A DNA stretch of 64,000 nt from the human T2T-CHM13v2.0 reference genome, Homo sapiens: NCBI RefSeq assembly GCF_009914755.1, contig NC_060939.1; one strand, written 5' to 3'. The notes under the pieces are model-generated. The model did no database searches, was not told the DNA's origin, and worked only from the letters and a program-made list of their open reading frames with translations. A program made the translations under genes and the position numbers. Positions 1-15,036 of this stretch are shown here, piece after piece (position 1 is the stretch's first letter; each line of letters begins with the position of its first letter).

Positions 1-236
1 TAGGGTTATCATAAAATTCATTGCCCACTGAGGTGGGAGGTTTGCTTGAGGCCAGGAGTTCAAGACCATCTTGGCCAACATAGCAAGACCTGTCTCTAAA
101 AAGAAAAAAATATATATTAAAAAAATAAAAAAGTAAAATTCATGATCCAAACAGTGGTAACACACTTAGAGTGAAAGGAGACCATTGTGAAATAGGATTG
201 GACACAGGACAACAGGCAGAAACCAGGATCATCCTA
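1..236 (+). mobile_element. MER81-like hAT DNA transposon interrupted by a partial Alu monomer (~28-130)
   Basis: tagggttatcata...gagtgaaagg...ggacaacaggcagaaaccagga resembles MER81; taaaattcat repeated either side of the Alu piece. Confidence 0.5.
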
Positions 237-841
237 TGTAGCATTTAACCCAGCCCATCAAAGTAGTTTGAACTTAATGGTACAGTTAGAGATATAAAAC
301 AGTTAAATATGTTAAATTTTTTAAGCGTGAATTTTGTATTTCATGAAACTCACTGATATAAGCCCAAAAATAAAATTATGATATCTTAGAACTTACATAG
401 TAGTTGTTGAGCAAGCAACAGGCGCTTAATTTTTTATCAAGCATCTAATAAATACTAATTCTGTGCCAACCTGTGACAGGTATGAGGAAAACAGCTGGGA
501 AGAAGTCAGATGTCATCACCACCCTTGAAGAACAATTATTCTAGTGAAGGAGACAGTATAATATGAAGAAATGAGGGAAGCACAAACTATCATATAGTAC
601 CTGGCCTTCTTTCAGTTCCTAAAGCATGCCAGACTCTTTCTAAATTCAGAACCTTTGCACATATACCTTTGGCCTGGGATGTTCTTTCCCCTTACACAGC
701 TGGTGCCTTCTCATCCTCTGCTCATTTTCTCAGGGGCCTTACCTAACCAAAGAGGACTTCTCCTTGCTCTCACTTAGTCACTCTCTTAGCCTTCGTATAT
801 TTCCTTCAGCGCACTTGGAATGTGTTTATCTTACGCACTGA

Positions 842-1210
<369 letters not shown>

Positions 1211-2746
1211 TAAATACTATTTTCTAAGCACCTTATATGGATTATCTCATTTCCTCATTACAGTAGCCCTTTAAGTAGGTATTATCACTAGCCTCATTTT
1301 TTACACATTGAAACTAAAGAAAAAAATTGTCCTCTATATTTCTAAATAATTAGTTTATACCATTTCCTGATTTAATTTGACAATTATCTCTAATTTCTTA
1401 TTTCTTTATATCCATCTCTTTCTCAGCTTCCTAGTTTCAAGGATGAAATGTCTTATTTACTTTGAGTCTACTTATTACCATTCGACTTACTTCTAAGAGT
1501 ATCTATGTATTACTTTGAGAACAATGTCAAAATATAATCACCTAGCCTGTTTCTTTCCAGTTTCCTGATAAAAGCCAGATGATCATTATTTCATTTCTGG
1601 TGCCAGAACCTAGAGGCAATTGTGCTCTGCTAGAGGCATGAAGTAATACAAAATACAGAAAATATTCCAGCAACTAGCAGGGAATTTGAGTTTTACTTTT
1701 TTAGTTGGACAGGTTGCTTTTCTCTGGGTCTTACATTTTCTCAACTGTAAAAATGAAAGAAACTCACACACTCTAAAGATCTTTCCAACTGTGGTTTCTA
1801 GTGACAGAGTGATTTTGTAATTTCAGAATAACAAAATTATTTTCACGCCCTCAGCTTTTTAAAGTGGATTTAATATGTACCACTGTGTAACCTGAATGTT
1901 GTTGTTTTGTTGTTGTTAGCAACTTAGAGTACCCTGGTAAATACCTCAATTCTGCACCATAAGCTACAACAAAAGGTACAGGCCATGGTTAGACTACGAC
2001 CTCCTGGACCACAGAAGTGTGCCTGCAGAACCAGCATTCAATCAACACAATAATTATTCAAAGGCATAGGTATGTTCTTTACTTCAATTTCTGAATAGTT
2101 AGTATGCCAACTTAAGAAGGACACACATGCTTAGATAAACAATATTTAAGAAAGGAGTTATGCCAGCAGAAATCTTACAAGCCAGGCCAAAAAAAAAAAA
2201 AAAAAAAAAACAGCAAAAAAAAGGAGTAATGAATGATCAAATCTTAGACCTAGAAGGAACCTCCAAAATTATCGAATCTAATCTCTTAACAGATGAGGCA
2301 ACTGGTAGTCAAAGAGGTTGGTGATTATTCACACAGATAGTGGCAAACCAAGACTAGGAAACTGAGATTGCTTCTTAGTGCTCTACCACAATATACTGAA
2401 CAAACCTCACTCTTATGACCACCATTTTTTTTTAAAGCTTTAGTGTGAAAGTGTTTATCTGGTTGGAGAGAGAAGAAGATACATCTCTACTCTTAACACA
2501 GCTAGGAAAGCTTATTAGTATCATGGGGACTCCCTGCATTCTCAGACCTTACATGAAACTGAAGGGTATGAAAGCCTCTAATCCCATAGAATTCAAACTT
2601 CTGCCAGCAATTATCTGGAATGAAAAATGGAATCTCCAGTTTTACTCTGTATTTTTCTTCCATTTGTTTTAACACACAGCTATTTCAAAATAAATAGTGC
2701 AGCTTACTACTCTGACAAAAAGAGTATTATAAAACAACAGACATAG

Positions 2747-3123
<377 letters not shown>

Positions 3124-3887
3124 TTATAAACAAAGAATGGTGGCAAAGGGAAAAATAAATGGAGAAGAAAAAGAATTAGCTAACAGTAGATGCATGTTGG
3201 GTAATTTTTATAACAGCGGGCGATAATGTAATTTTGAGAGCTAAAAACTGATTTTAAGACTGTCTGATACTAGCAAATGAATGAGGCTCAAACTCCTTTT
3301 AGCTTAACATTTAAAACTCTAATCTCTCCCTATTCCAAAGCAACCCTTCCCATTCACATTAGTCTATCTGCCGACCGTTAAACAATGGAATCCTATCTTC
3401 ACACCTTAACTCATTCCCTCTGATCAGAATGTCCTTCCTTCCATTCCCTTCCCTGCCCCAATCTCTAAATTTTTATCTATCCAAATCATAACAGTTTTTG
3501 AAGGATCAACTCAGCTGCTGTCTCTGCTAAGACAGTCCCAGACCTAAATTAACTTCTCCAGTGGAATTAATCATTCCCTATGACCTTTGATAGTAAACAT
3601 TACTTTTACCATTCATTCAGTTCTCAAATGTCCTGCATTATACTTATCTTCTTTCTTGGATTATATTTTCTATAAGGCAGAGAATACAATACATATCTCA
3701 GAGGTCATACCACAGAATAGTTCATCAATAAATACTACTGAATGAAAAGAAAAAAATTTAGCCCAATGATCATGTGCACAAAACCATCACTTTTTTCAGA
3801 TTACCTAATTGTTGCAAGATAAACTAAGAGTTGTACATATTGTTAAGATGACACATATTACATTAATTTAACTATTTAATCAAAACT

Positions 3888-4135
3888 GTTTTTTCTGAGA
3901 CAAGGTTACACTCTGTTGCCCAGGCTAGAGTGCAATGGCTTTATCATAGCTCACTACAGCCTTAAATCCTCAGCTCAAGTGATCCTCCCATCTCAGCATC
4001 CCAAGAGCTGGGACTATAGGCATGCCTCAACAAGCCCAGCTAATTTTTTTTTTAAGTTTTTTTGTAGAGATGGGGTCTCCCTATGTCACCCAGGCTCATC
4101 TTGAACTCCTGGGCTCAAGCAATCTTCCCACCTCG
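3888..4135 (-). mobile_element. AluJ, 5'-truncated
   Basis: Diverged Alu; TSD taatcaaaact. Confidence 0.9.
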
Positions 4136-4914
4136 GTAATCAAAACTTTCCTTAGTGAGATATCAAAAAAGTTGGGAAATATTATAGTTGAAATAGATAT
4201 ACGTATCTACATAAAATGAATGCCACAAAAATTCAAATTCATTGCAGAGCAAATTTGAATTCTATCCATCCAGAGCAGGCATAAGTTTCTTTTTATCCAA
4301 AATTAGAGTAAGCTGAAACACTGTTGAATCAACAAAGGAAATCGATGCCAGAGTTTAACTTCACAGAAGGCCACTCTGCCTTGTGCTCAGTCCTTACTAA
4401 AGTAGGAAACCATGGACTGACAGCATCTGCAGTTGAGCACAACTGTCATGACAGCAAATTCTCATTTGCTCTTTACACAGCACTAAAGACTTTAGACATT
4501 ATACCCCATAGATTTTCTAGATCTAAGTACTACTGTTAGTAAACTTTATTATAGTTACAGTTCTAGAATCCTAGTTGGAAAAAGGAGATTTAGGGAATAC
4601 TGGCCCTGTATCCTCAGCGTGACAACTTGTTTTCGTAGAAAGCTGGTGCCCACTTTGTGCCCAGGCATTGAGCTGTATGCTAACATGTACTATTTCTTTC
4701 AATCCTCGCAGAAACCTTGAGAAAAGAATTGCTATTCCCATTTTTACAGATTTCCGGGCAATTAAGACATGGAGAGTTTAACTTTACTAAACTCACCCAG
4801 CTAGTAATAATGTTGATGTCTGAACAATGAGTTGTCCAGCTCCAAACCCATGTTCTTTCCACTGCCCTAATTGCCACACAACAATTCCTGAAAGTCAAAT
4901 CAAGAATACCATCT

Positions 4915-5194
4915 AGAGTGTGCGCATGGTGGCTTACGCCTGTAATCTCAGCACTTGGGGAAGCTGAGGCAGGAGGACTGCTCAAGGACAGGAGTTCCAG
5001 ACCTCGGCAACATAGCAAGACCAGTCTCTACAAAAAATTTAAAAGTTACCTGGGCAGGGTGGTGTGCGCCTATAGTTTTAGTTGCTTGGGAGGCTGAGGT
5101 GGAGGGATTACTTGAGCCCAGGAGTTCAAGGGTGTAGTGACCTATGATCATGCCACTGCACTCCAGCTTGGGCAACAGAGGAAACCCTATCTCT
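4915..5194 (+). mobile_element. AluJ (tail replaced by G-rich tract)
   Basis: Dimeric Alu; TSD gaatacca(t/g)ctaga. Confidence 0.9.
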
Positions 5195-5267
5195 GGGTGT
5201 TGGGGGTGGGGGGGTGCAGGGGAAGGAATACCAGCTAGAAATTGTCCAAAAGAAAAAAACTATTGTT

Positions 5268-5530
5268 CAGAAAACCAAATATTGCACGTTCTCACTTGTA
5301 AATGGGAGTAAACACTGAGTATACATGGACATAGAAGTGGGAACAATAGACACTGGGGACTACGAGGGGAATGGAGGGAGGCAGGTACAGACTGAAAAAA
5401 TACCTATGGGTACTATGCTCACCACCTGGGTGATGGGATCATCTGTATCCCAAAACCCAAGCATCACAAAATACACTGATGTAATGAATCTGCATGTGTA
5501 CCCCCTGAATCTAAAATAAAAGTTGAAATT
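5268..5530 (+). mobile_element. L1 3' end (L1PB/L1MA-like)
   Basis: cagaaaaccaaata...ttctcactt...tgcatgtgtaccccctgaatctaaaataaaagttg. Confidence 0.85.
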
Positions 5531-6929
5531 ACGGGGGTGAGGGGAGACTGAAGATTTTAGTTAGAATTTAGCTTGGGCATATAATGTTGGAGAATGAAAA
5601 GATGTCTACTATTTGTACGTGAAGGAAAACAAGATACAAATCAGATAGTAATTAGTCATTTTCTTTCAAGAATATCTATAAGAATGCGAAATCAAATTTG
5701 GAATCATTTGTGTGAGTTTTGCTCATACATTAAAGCTAACAAGAGTGTCAAGTAGGGGAAATACAATTTTTCTTCTCATATACTGTTGGTGACCAAAAAT
5801 TGGCACTTTTTTTTTTACCATAATCAAAAAATGTGATTTTTACAATAATCAAAAAATGTTTGTATATACTTTGATCAAGTAATTCTACTTTTAGAACTTC
5901 GTCTGGAAAAGATAAGGAAATACACCAGGATTTAAGTTAAAGGAATGTTCATTACAGTGCTGTTTATACTAGCCAAAACTTGAAGCTTAAGTATCCAACA
6001 AAAAGCTTGTACACATGAAAATGGTTAGGAAGATAAATTTTATGTTATCCACATTTTACCACAGTTAAAAATTAAAACATTAAGAAGTATAAATTGGCCA
6101 AATGACACAGGCATGCAAAAGTTAGCTATACGACCATTAAATATACCATAAGGGAAGAATATTTAATGACATGAAAATATACAAATTACATTAGGTAAAA
6201 AAAGTTTCCTAAACAGTATATATGGTTTAATTAAAAAATATACTATTAATATGTACGTACATTTACAGACTAGAAGGAAAAACACACACCCCGCCCTGGC
6301 ACCCAAAACATGAACTGTCTAATCACAGAATAGGAGCATTACTATTGGGTATTTTCTCCTTTTCTTTTAGCTTATCTAAATTTTGTACTTCTTTGACAGA
6401 CTCATATTACTAGTGTAATTTTTAAGAGGATAGAAGAAAAATTCCCTACTATTTCATAAGACTTTGAAGGATGTTAATGTCTTAGTTTAGGGAACCAATA
6501 TATCTGAGGCCATGATTCCTCAAACTACAAACACTACATTAGCAAGAGACATTTCCAAAGGAGTCAAGAATTTTTCTAGTTGCCCCCCAGACTCACACAC
6601 AGTACCCTGCTGACTTATTCATCTGTATGTTTCCAGAACCTCGCACAATACCTGATAAGTAAACATAAATGCTTAGAGAATGAACAACTACTTATATTTA
6701 CATAGCACTCTATCTTGTATATAGGGAGTTCATGTATAACATCTCATTTGATCCCCCAATAACCTTGTGAAGTGGGCATAAACATTTCCATTTAGAAGCA
6801 AAAAACTTGACACTGGAGAATTAGATCTTAGGGTTACTAAACTAACAAATCTCAGAAAAGAGAATGCATAACGTTGTCAAGTAATAAGTTTTATGCTACA
6901 CCACAAAGATATTAAAATGCATGCCAAGT

Positions 6930-7370
6930 GTTCATTCAACACTAAACATTTATTGAAGAGCCACTAAATGCCAGGTACCTGTCTGTGTATGGGGAAATGC
7001 AGCAGTGAACAAGTGCCACTAAATCCCTTCCCTGCCCTCATGAAGCTTATATTCCTGTTGGGGAGAGGGGAAAAGAAATAAACACAGAATACCAGATTAA
7101 ACAATGTAAGGACTATGAAGAGAGTAACGCAGAGTAAAGGGAGAATGAATTAGCTGTACTCTTTGAAGGATGGTCCGAGAAGGCTTCTTTGATGGCAGAA
7201 AGCCAAGTTAAAAAAAAAAAAGAGCCAGGAGACTTATATTCTGAGCGAAGATATCAAATATAAAGGCCCCAAAGTGTCAAATGTGCTTGTAGTGACTGAA
7301 GAATAACAGGACTAATATGGCTAGACTGCAGGGAACCTTGGAAATCACCAGGAAATGAGGTCAGTCAGCC
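6930..7370 (-). mobile_element. L2 fragment
   Basis: ttcattcaac...catttattga...tgccagg...ccctgccctcatgaagcttatattc. Confidence 0.7.
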
Positions 7371-7793
7371 TGAGACTTTAGGTTTAAAAATATAATTGTT
7401 TAATGTGTTATCAATGGAATAAAATCTGGGATTTCAACAATATTCACTTTTCTCTTTAATCCATTTTGCCTAAATACTTAAAAGCTAGAGGAAAAATCTA
7501 CTAAAATATTAATTAGCTGTTCTATTTACATGATCTAATTTTTTATCATATTCTTATGGCATACTCCAAAACTTTTGTAAATGTTGTCTAACATCAGGGT
7601 CTAACTCCATTTCTGTAAAAGGAAGCAATGTACAACTTTAAAAGGCAATGTGACTAAAGATGTTATTGGAACAACTAGGAAAATATGAGTATAAACTGTA
7701 TATTAGATATTAGTACTATGTAAGTATTAGATTGAATGCAGTAACTGTATTGCAGGTATACAGAAGAATACTTTTATTTTTAGAAGACACATG

Positions 7794-7988
7794 CAGTGGT
7801 ATGGCCGTAAATGTTTAACGGCTGGCTCAGAGAGGAAAAAAGGCCTTGGTTTGTAGCACTGCCAATTTCCATGGTATAAATACCATTACCATGGCTGATT
7901 TCAAGTAACCAACTAGGTGAAGAGTTGAAATGAAATATACACAATCGGCTTTTGCAAGCCAGTACCTGCCAGCTGTAGCATACTGCTG
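7794..7988. mobile_element. MER63-like hAT DNA transposon inserted in an old L1 fragment
   Basis: Termini cagtggtatg / catactgctg; 8-bp TSD ga(c/t)acatg. Confidence 0.7.
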
Positions 7989-8034
7989 GATACATGTTGT
8001 ATCTGGGGCTGAAGTGTCAAGACATCTGCAACTT

Positions 8035-8985
8035 ACACAAGTGGCCAACAGGTATATGAAAACATGTTCAACATTACTAATAACCAGAGAAATGCAAATC
8101 AAAACCACAATGAGATAAAACCTTACTCCGGTTAGAATGGCTGGAGACAAAAGAAAGACAAAAGAAAACAAGTGTTGGCAAGGATGTGGAGAAAAGGGAA
8201 CAGTTACACATGGTTGAGACTGTAAGTTATTACAGCCATTACGGAAAACAGTATAGACATTCCTCAAAATATCAGAGACAGAACTACCATATCATCCAGC
8301 AGTTCCGCTACTGGGCATATATATCCAAAGGAAATGAAATCAGCATGTTGAAGAGATATCTGTACTCCCATATTTATTGCAGTATTATTCACAATAGCCA
8401 AGATATGGAATCAATCTGTGTCCATAAAGAAAATGTGGTACACACACGTGCGCACACACATAATGGAATACTATAGAGCCACAAAAGGAATAAAATACTG
8501 TCATTTGCAACAACATAAATGAACCTGGAGGACATCGTGTTCAGTAAAATCAGCCAGACACAGAAAGACACATACTGCATGATCTCACTTATGTGGAATC
8601 TTAAAAAAAAGCTGTTATCATAGAAGTAGCGAGTAGAACAGTGGTTTCCAGAAACTGGGTAAGGGGAAGGAGAGAATAGGAAGAGGTTGATCAACAGATA
8701 CAAAATTACAGTTAGATAGGAGGAATAAATTCTGGTGTTCTACTGCATAGTAGGATGACTAAGGATAACCCTAAAGTATTATATATTATAAAATAGCTAG
8801 AAGAGGCTTTTGAATGTTCCCACCCACAAGGAAATCATAAGTGCATGAGGTGAAAGATATGCTAAATACCCTGATTTAATTATTTACACAACATATATAT
8901 GTATTGGAACATCATACTGGACTTCATAAATATATACAATTGCAATGTGTCAACTGAAAAAAGTACCAGTTTGAAATAAACAAAA
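8035..8985 (+). mobile_element. L1MA-type LINE, ORF2 end and 3'UTR
   Basis: gaaatgcaaatcaaaaccacaatgagat; ORF fragments such as [10 protein letters not shown]; L1MA-style 3'UTR. Confidence 0.9.
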
Positions 8986-9112
8986 AGGCTTTGCATTAAA
9001 AATAGAAAAAAACAGACAACAAAACTCCATGTCTATCTAGCCCACCCACCCATCCCACCTACTTATATGGAGATAAAACAAAAGTTGTAAAATGGTCACA
9101 ATTAATCTATGA

Positions 9113-9477
<365 letters not shown>

Positions 9478-11689
9478 TGAAATTTTTAATTATAATAATT
9501 GTAGAGCAAGCAAAGTAGGGTAACTTAGAGAAATCCTATGGTTAGTTCTTTCATAAAATGAATAATTTTTTGTATATCAGCATCCTTCTGTCAAACACAC
9601 CAAATATGATATAGACCTTTAAAGTTATTTTAAGACCAAAATAAACAAAAAGAAGTTTGCCAATATCAAGGGCTAAAATTATACATTCTCTTACTGTTAT
9701 AAATTTAAGTAGAAATGGCCAATGATCTCTCTCACAAACCATGATCTCTCTTCACAAAAGAAAATTGCTAATTTGATGAAAAATGTAAATGCACTTTCTA
9801 GATGTTAGGATAAAGTTTTACAAATAGCCTAATTTCAGATACTGACGCTAAATTAATTCCATTCAGGAATATACATTTGGTTAAGTGGGAAACCAAAATA
9901 TGAAAACTTTAAATATTGTTTATTCCCAAATACAGATTGGTCATGTTCCCAAAGGGGATATGTTTAAGTCTGACCATTATTTAGGCTTAAATATTACTGA
10001 CAAGCAATATGAGTTATGATTAGATTCCCAGAAGAGTCTACCAAAGGTTTCTTAACCTATAATGGCCATCTTGCAGCATCATGGAACAAATCTAAATTCT
10101 GGGTCATGGAAGCAGAAGGGCCATGCTCCAAGCACTGAATCAATCCTAGGTAATACTCTGAAACAAAGAAAAAAGCAGTTTTGGGCAACATCTCACCACT
10201 CTATTTTCCATCAGCCTCTTTCTAGTTCCCACCTCTGCCTCACTCTCTGCCCTGATGCTGCTCTAAACTGTTCATTAGGGTCTACTATCACCCAGAAATA
10301 GTGGGCTGTGTTCCAATTTGCCTACTTTCCCTCTCCATTGCATTTGCATTAAAGATTGGGTAGTTCAATGCTGGTTTTGACTTTTTTCTATGTTATTGTA
10401 TATTTCAGAAGACAAGGTTGACAGTGACATAAGTGTCCATTGATCTTTCATGCTTGTTCCAACCAGTTTTCAAAACGGAGTTCTGAAACACTCATTTCCT
10501 CAGTGCAGCTGTTCCAAGCTGTGTATTCTTGTTAGCAGAGGAAACCATTTAGCAATCCCTACCCAGTGCTAGGCGTATGTTAAGTGCCAAACCATATGTT
10601 CTCAGTTTACCTTTCCCACAAGGCTTAAGGTTGACGGTATTAGAGCAAAAAACAAAACCGTTGTTCAGAAAGGCTATGTAATTTTTTCAAGGTAATTTGG
10701 CTGGTAAGTTCCGAAGTTAGAATTTCAATCCAAATTTGATCCTAAAAGCTTAGTGTCTTAACTTTTCTTGCATTATAGTACGCTGCTAAAAGGAAACCAT
10801 TTAAACTAAAATATGACCATCATTTCAACAGTCCTCGAAAAATGTATAACTAAGTATACATTTATTAATCCAAGTGAATCTCTAGTTGGTATAATTTCTG
10901 TCAGGATAGCAAGAGGAAACTAAAAGTAATAAAATCCTCATACTGTGTGAATAGCACCAACTAAGATGCAGCTGGCTGTATTTGGGAAGACCTGGCCCTT
11001 TGCACATCTATACAAATAATCCTGCCCACAGAGTAAATTAGTCCATTTATATAGCATCTCATGGCTTACTATGTTCTTTGACATATTATCTTAGTTGAAG
11101 CTCAGAAGCAACACCCTTAGCCAGCTACATCTTACAGATAAGTAAACAGGTTTGGGACTTAATCCAAGAATGGGTCCCAAATCTAAACTCTAAATCCTTT
11201 GAGTTTTTTTTCCATTAGTCTATCCGACTTGTACTTTCTTATATTCATAAACCTGAGGTTTACCAATTTGAACATACAGACATTCTCCCTCTCTCTCAGA
11301 AACAGCAATAGGAGCAAATTCAGCACAGGGGGTGGACATCAGAGAGCTTCTAGCAAATGTCTGTGTATGAATCATTTGTTAGACGTATATAAACTGGAAA
11401 CCATTGTCACTAAATGGCTTTTGCCTACTTTTAAGATATTTTATAGTGTTTTAATTCAATAAGATATGATTAATTACGAAATATAACCTTTATTTAAGTT
11501 ATGGATAGTATCCTTAACTGTATTTTCAAAAAATTAAGTATAAAATTGTGATAACAGCCTAACAGTCATTAATTCAAACCAATCCCTAAATTGGCAGAAG
11601 TTCAGCTGGTATCAGTAAAACAATCAAATATTGCTACCCAGCTGCTCCTATTCCTATCTGCTCCACAAATACTGAGACATACAAGTCAT

Positions 11690-12170
11690 TCTTTCATTTA
11701 ACAAATATGTATTAAACACCTATGCACCTACCATGTACAAGACTGCCTACTAAATGATGGGAATACAGGTGTGAATAAGAGACAAGGTTTCCGGACTCAC
11801 AAAACTTAAAATCTAGCTGTAGAGACAGACAATAAACAAAAGAAATTACAAAATGTGGTCAATGCTATGAAGGAAATACAGGCTGCTCAGACAAAGAATA
11901 ACAAGGGACATCTCATTTAATAAATGACAGCAATTAACATTCACTGAGCACTTTGGATAGGGTAGTGAGAGAAAACCTCTCTGAAAAAATGACGGTTAAG
12001 TTCTATAACAAAAGAACAACAAGGAGACACCAATGTGATGACTGGGGAGAAAGGCTTTTTAGGCAGAAGGAATTTCGCATACCAGATCCTAAGTGGTAAT
12101 CAAAAACCTAAAAGGCAGCTAGTGGGGCTGGATATGGTAAACAAGGGGAAGAGATGAGTATCTTTTACAT
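11690..12170 (-). mobile_element. L2 fragment
   Basis: ttcatttaacaaatatgtattaaacaccta...gagacagacaataaacaaa. Confidence 0.7.
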
Positions 12171-12309
12171 GGAAAGGAAAATATGAGAAAGCTCAACTCA
12201 AATTATTGCTAGGAATTGTGGTATTACACATGGGCTCTTAGGCTAATATTTTGATTATCTGCTGGCATTTTTTACCTATTCCATCCTGTTTTACTTTAAT
12301 AAGAGTCTG

Positions 12310-12623
12310 GGCCAGGTGCAATTCCTCACACCTGTAATCCCAGCACTTTGAGAGGCTGAGCCAGGAGGGCTGCTTGAGCCCAGGAGAATGAGAACAGTCT
12401 GGGCAACATAGTGAGACCCCATTTCTCAAAAAAAAAAAAAAAAAAAAAAGACAATTAGCCAGGCATAGTGGCGTGCACCTGTAGTCCCAGCTACTCTGGA
12501 AGCTTAAGCAGGATGATCTCTTGATCCCAGGAGTTGGAGGCTACAGTGAATTATGATTGCATCACTGTACTCCAGTCTGAGTGACACAGTAAGACCCCAT
12601 CCCATGAAAAAGAAAAAGAAAAA
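12310..12623 (+). mobile_element. AluJ
   Basis: Dimer with expanded middle A tract. Confidence 0.9.
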
Positions 12624-13354
12624 GTCTAACATGAGGAACTCTTCTGATTTTTCACCTATTTGAGCAAAGATAGAATTAACTATTAACAAATTGACTTTGG
12701 TTTACCTACTAAGAAGTACTGTTTCCAAGTACTACAATTTTGCCTTTTCATTATCCAAAAAAAAAAAACCAGTATTGTTAGTCTGAGTTTAATATTTCCA
12801 GTTTTTAAAATCCCCAGCCTCAAAAAGGGTGAAAACATTTTCATAATTAGATCCAAAGGCGAGAAAGGCAAAAGAATATAAATATTCTTTAACAACTAAT
12901 TTTTTTCTATATTTGTTCACAATGCAGAAGGCTCAGACCCCATGGGTTTCTTCAGTTCTTGAAGAGAAAATCAATTTTTAAGTCACTCTCCTTATATACA
13001 CATTTGCCTTTCAGTTCTGCCTTCCAATTATCTTTTTTTTCTCATTCTTCAAAGAAATGACAGGGTTTAGTCCACTGAATCATTTCCTTCTTACTGGATG
13101 ACAGGCAAAAACATAGATGGGGTATCTCTACGTCAACCCCTTTAGTATCTGAATCTCAGAAGTTGTATCAAGCCATTGATTATTTGACAGCTACTGATGC
13201 CAAGACTCATCAACATAAATGGATGAAAGAACAACAGTAGCCAGCTTTTAACTTGTGATCACACTGAATATACAAAACATGCAGCTGAATTAGCCCCCTT
13301 TTGTCTTCCTCAGCTTTCACTAACTGACTGGTTTCTTCTTTAGAAAATGTCCAA

Positions 13355-13860
13355 AAATAATAGCAGTTTACATTTGAATGCTAAGTGCCAGCCACTGTTT
13401 TAAGCATATTACACACATTAACTTATTTAATCCTCAAAATAACCATGAGCTGAGGTACTATTACTTTCCCTATTGTAAAGATAAAGCTGAGGCAGAGAGG
13501 ACAAGCAGCTTTCCAAGATCACAATACTTACCAAATACCTGTTTGGAGTTTTCCTCAAGTATTTTTAAACCACTTTGGTCCCAAAATCTTATGGTATTTT
13601 AACATTACTTACTGCTACCAGTCAGGGAGCTTAAGAGCATATGCTCAAGTTCACTTCACATTTGAGCTTGCCCTTTTATTAGCTGTGTAACCTTGGGTAA
13701 GTTACCAAACTTCTCTATGACTCAGTTTCGTTTATCCATAAAACAGAGATGACAATAGCATCTATTTCCTTGAGTATCTGTGAGGATTAAATGAGTTATA
13801 TATGTGAAGTACTTAAGACAGTGCCTGGCACATAGTATGAACAAGTATTAGCTGTTGCTA
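13355..13860. mobile_element. Two MIR elements in opposite orientation
   Basis: MIR cores ttatttaatcctcaaaataacc and tgtgtaaccttgggtaagttac...ctcagtttc...gtgcctggcacatag. Confidence 0.75.
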
Positions 13861-14468
13861 CTCATACTATCATGACCACCTCTACCTGGGAATTTAGCAA
13901 AAGGCCGCTTTATTTAATCTAGTCAGTATTTCTTCTCCAACATCTGCCATTTCTTTTGTTTGATTTACATCAACTAACAATGAACTATTCTTAGCAAGCA
14001 ATGCACCTAATTGCTTTGCTACATTTTTCTAGTCCTTAACACTTCTTTCCTATTTCACCTGCCCAGGAGTGAATTGTTTGAGGTTAACAGGGTTGCATTA
14101 TGCTATAGTTAAGTTCATAAGCCACTGAAATTCTAAGGCTAATGTCTAAATTTGTAATATAGCCAAATGGAGGAAAAAACTAAGCACTTCTCTATTTTAA
14201 CCTCAAAAACAAAAACCACAAAATAGTGTGGTGTTTTGTTTGTGGAACAGATTTTGCACTACTAGTTTTAACTTAAAGATCAATAGCCTACAATGTTTTT
14301 AAATATGAATTAAAACAGTAGATTTAAATTACTAATTTATGATTTATTTTATAGGTCTTAATCTTTCATAGCAGTTTTGATTAAGCTCAGATATTAAAAA
14401 TACAAAATTAGAAATACATTTAGAACATAACCTAATATGTTTTTAATTACCTCTACACTAAGACCACA

Positions 14469-14604
14469 TTTTATTTATTTTTAAATAGAGATAGGGTCTT
14501 GTTATGTTGCCCAGGGTGGTCTCGAACTTCTAAGCTCTAAGCAATCAACCCTCCTCGGGCTCCCAAAGTGCTGGGATCACAGGCATGAGCCACCGCAACA
14601 GGCC
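14469..14604 (-). mobile_element. FLAM/Alu monomer
   Basis: Left-monomer sequence; TSD gaccaca. Confidence 0.85.
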
Positions 14605-15036
14605 GTGGACCACACCTTAGACTTCTCTTGAAACACCAGGTATTCAATATACACACAGGTCTAGAACCAGGTCCAAACTTGTACATCCTTGAGTCAAAGG
14701 TGGAATAACATTAAATTTTCCAGCTGCCCAGCTCTAGTCAGCTGTTAACATCACTTAAAAATCTAATTATTCCAGAAAGCTTAGTCCACCCATGTCATCC
14801 TCTACATATAGAAGCCATAATTGTAATAGCAAATGACAATATAAATACATTATACATATACTGCAAGTATCCTTCTGTAGCTTTTATATTTTCTCAGATA
14901 ACTATATATTAAAAAATTATTAATCTGCTCGAGCCTTAGCAGTTTGAACACTATCAATGCAAAACAGAACAAAATAGCATTAGGTTATTAAACATTTCAT
15001 TATTTATTTACCTTTGTTGAGTATATCTTGTAATTG

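Noticed and set aside
4229-4262. Short inverted repeat aattcaaatt…aatttgaatt (also a 7-bp stem at ~19929-19947)
   Set aside because: Short stems of this kind are expected by chance in 64 kb.
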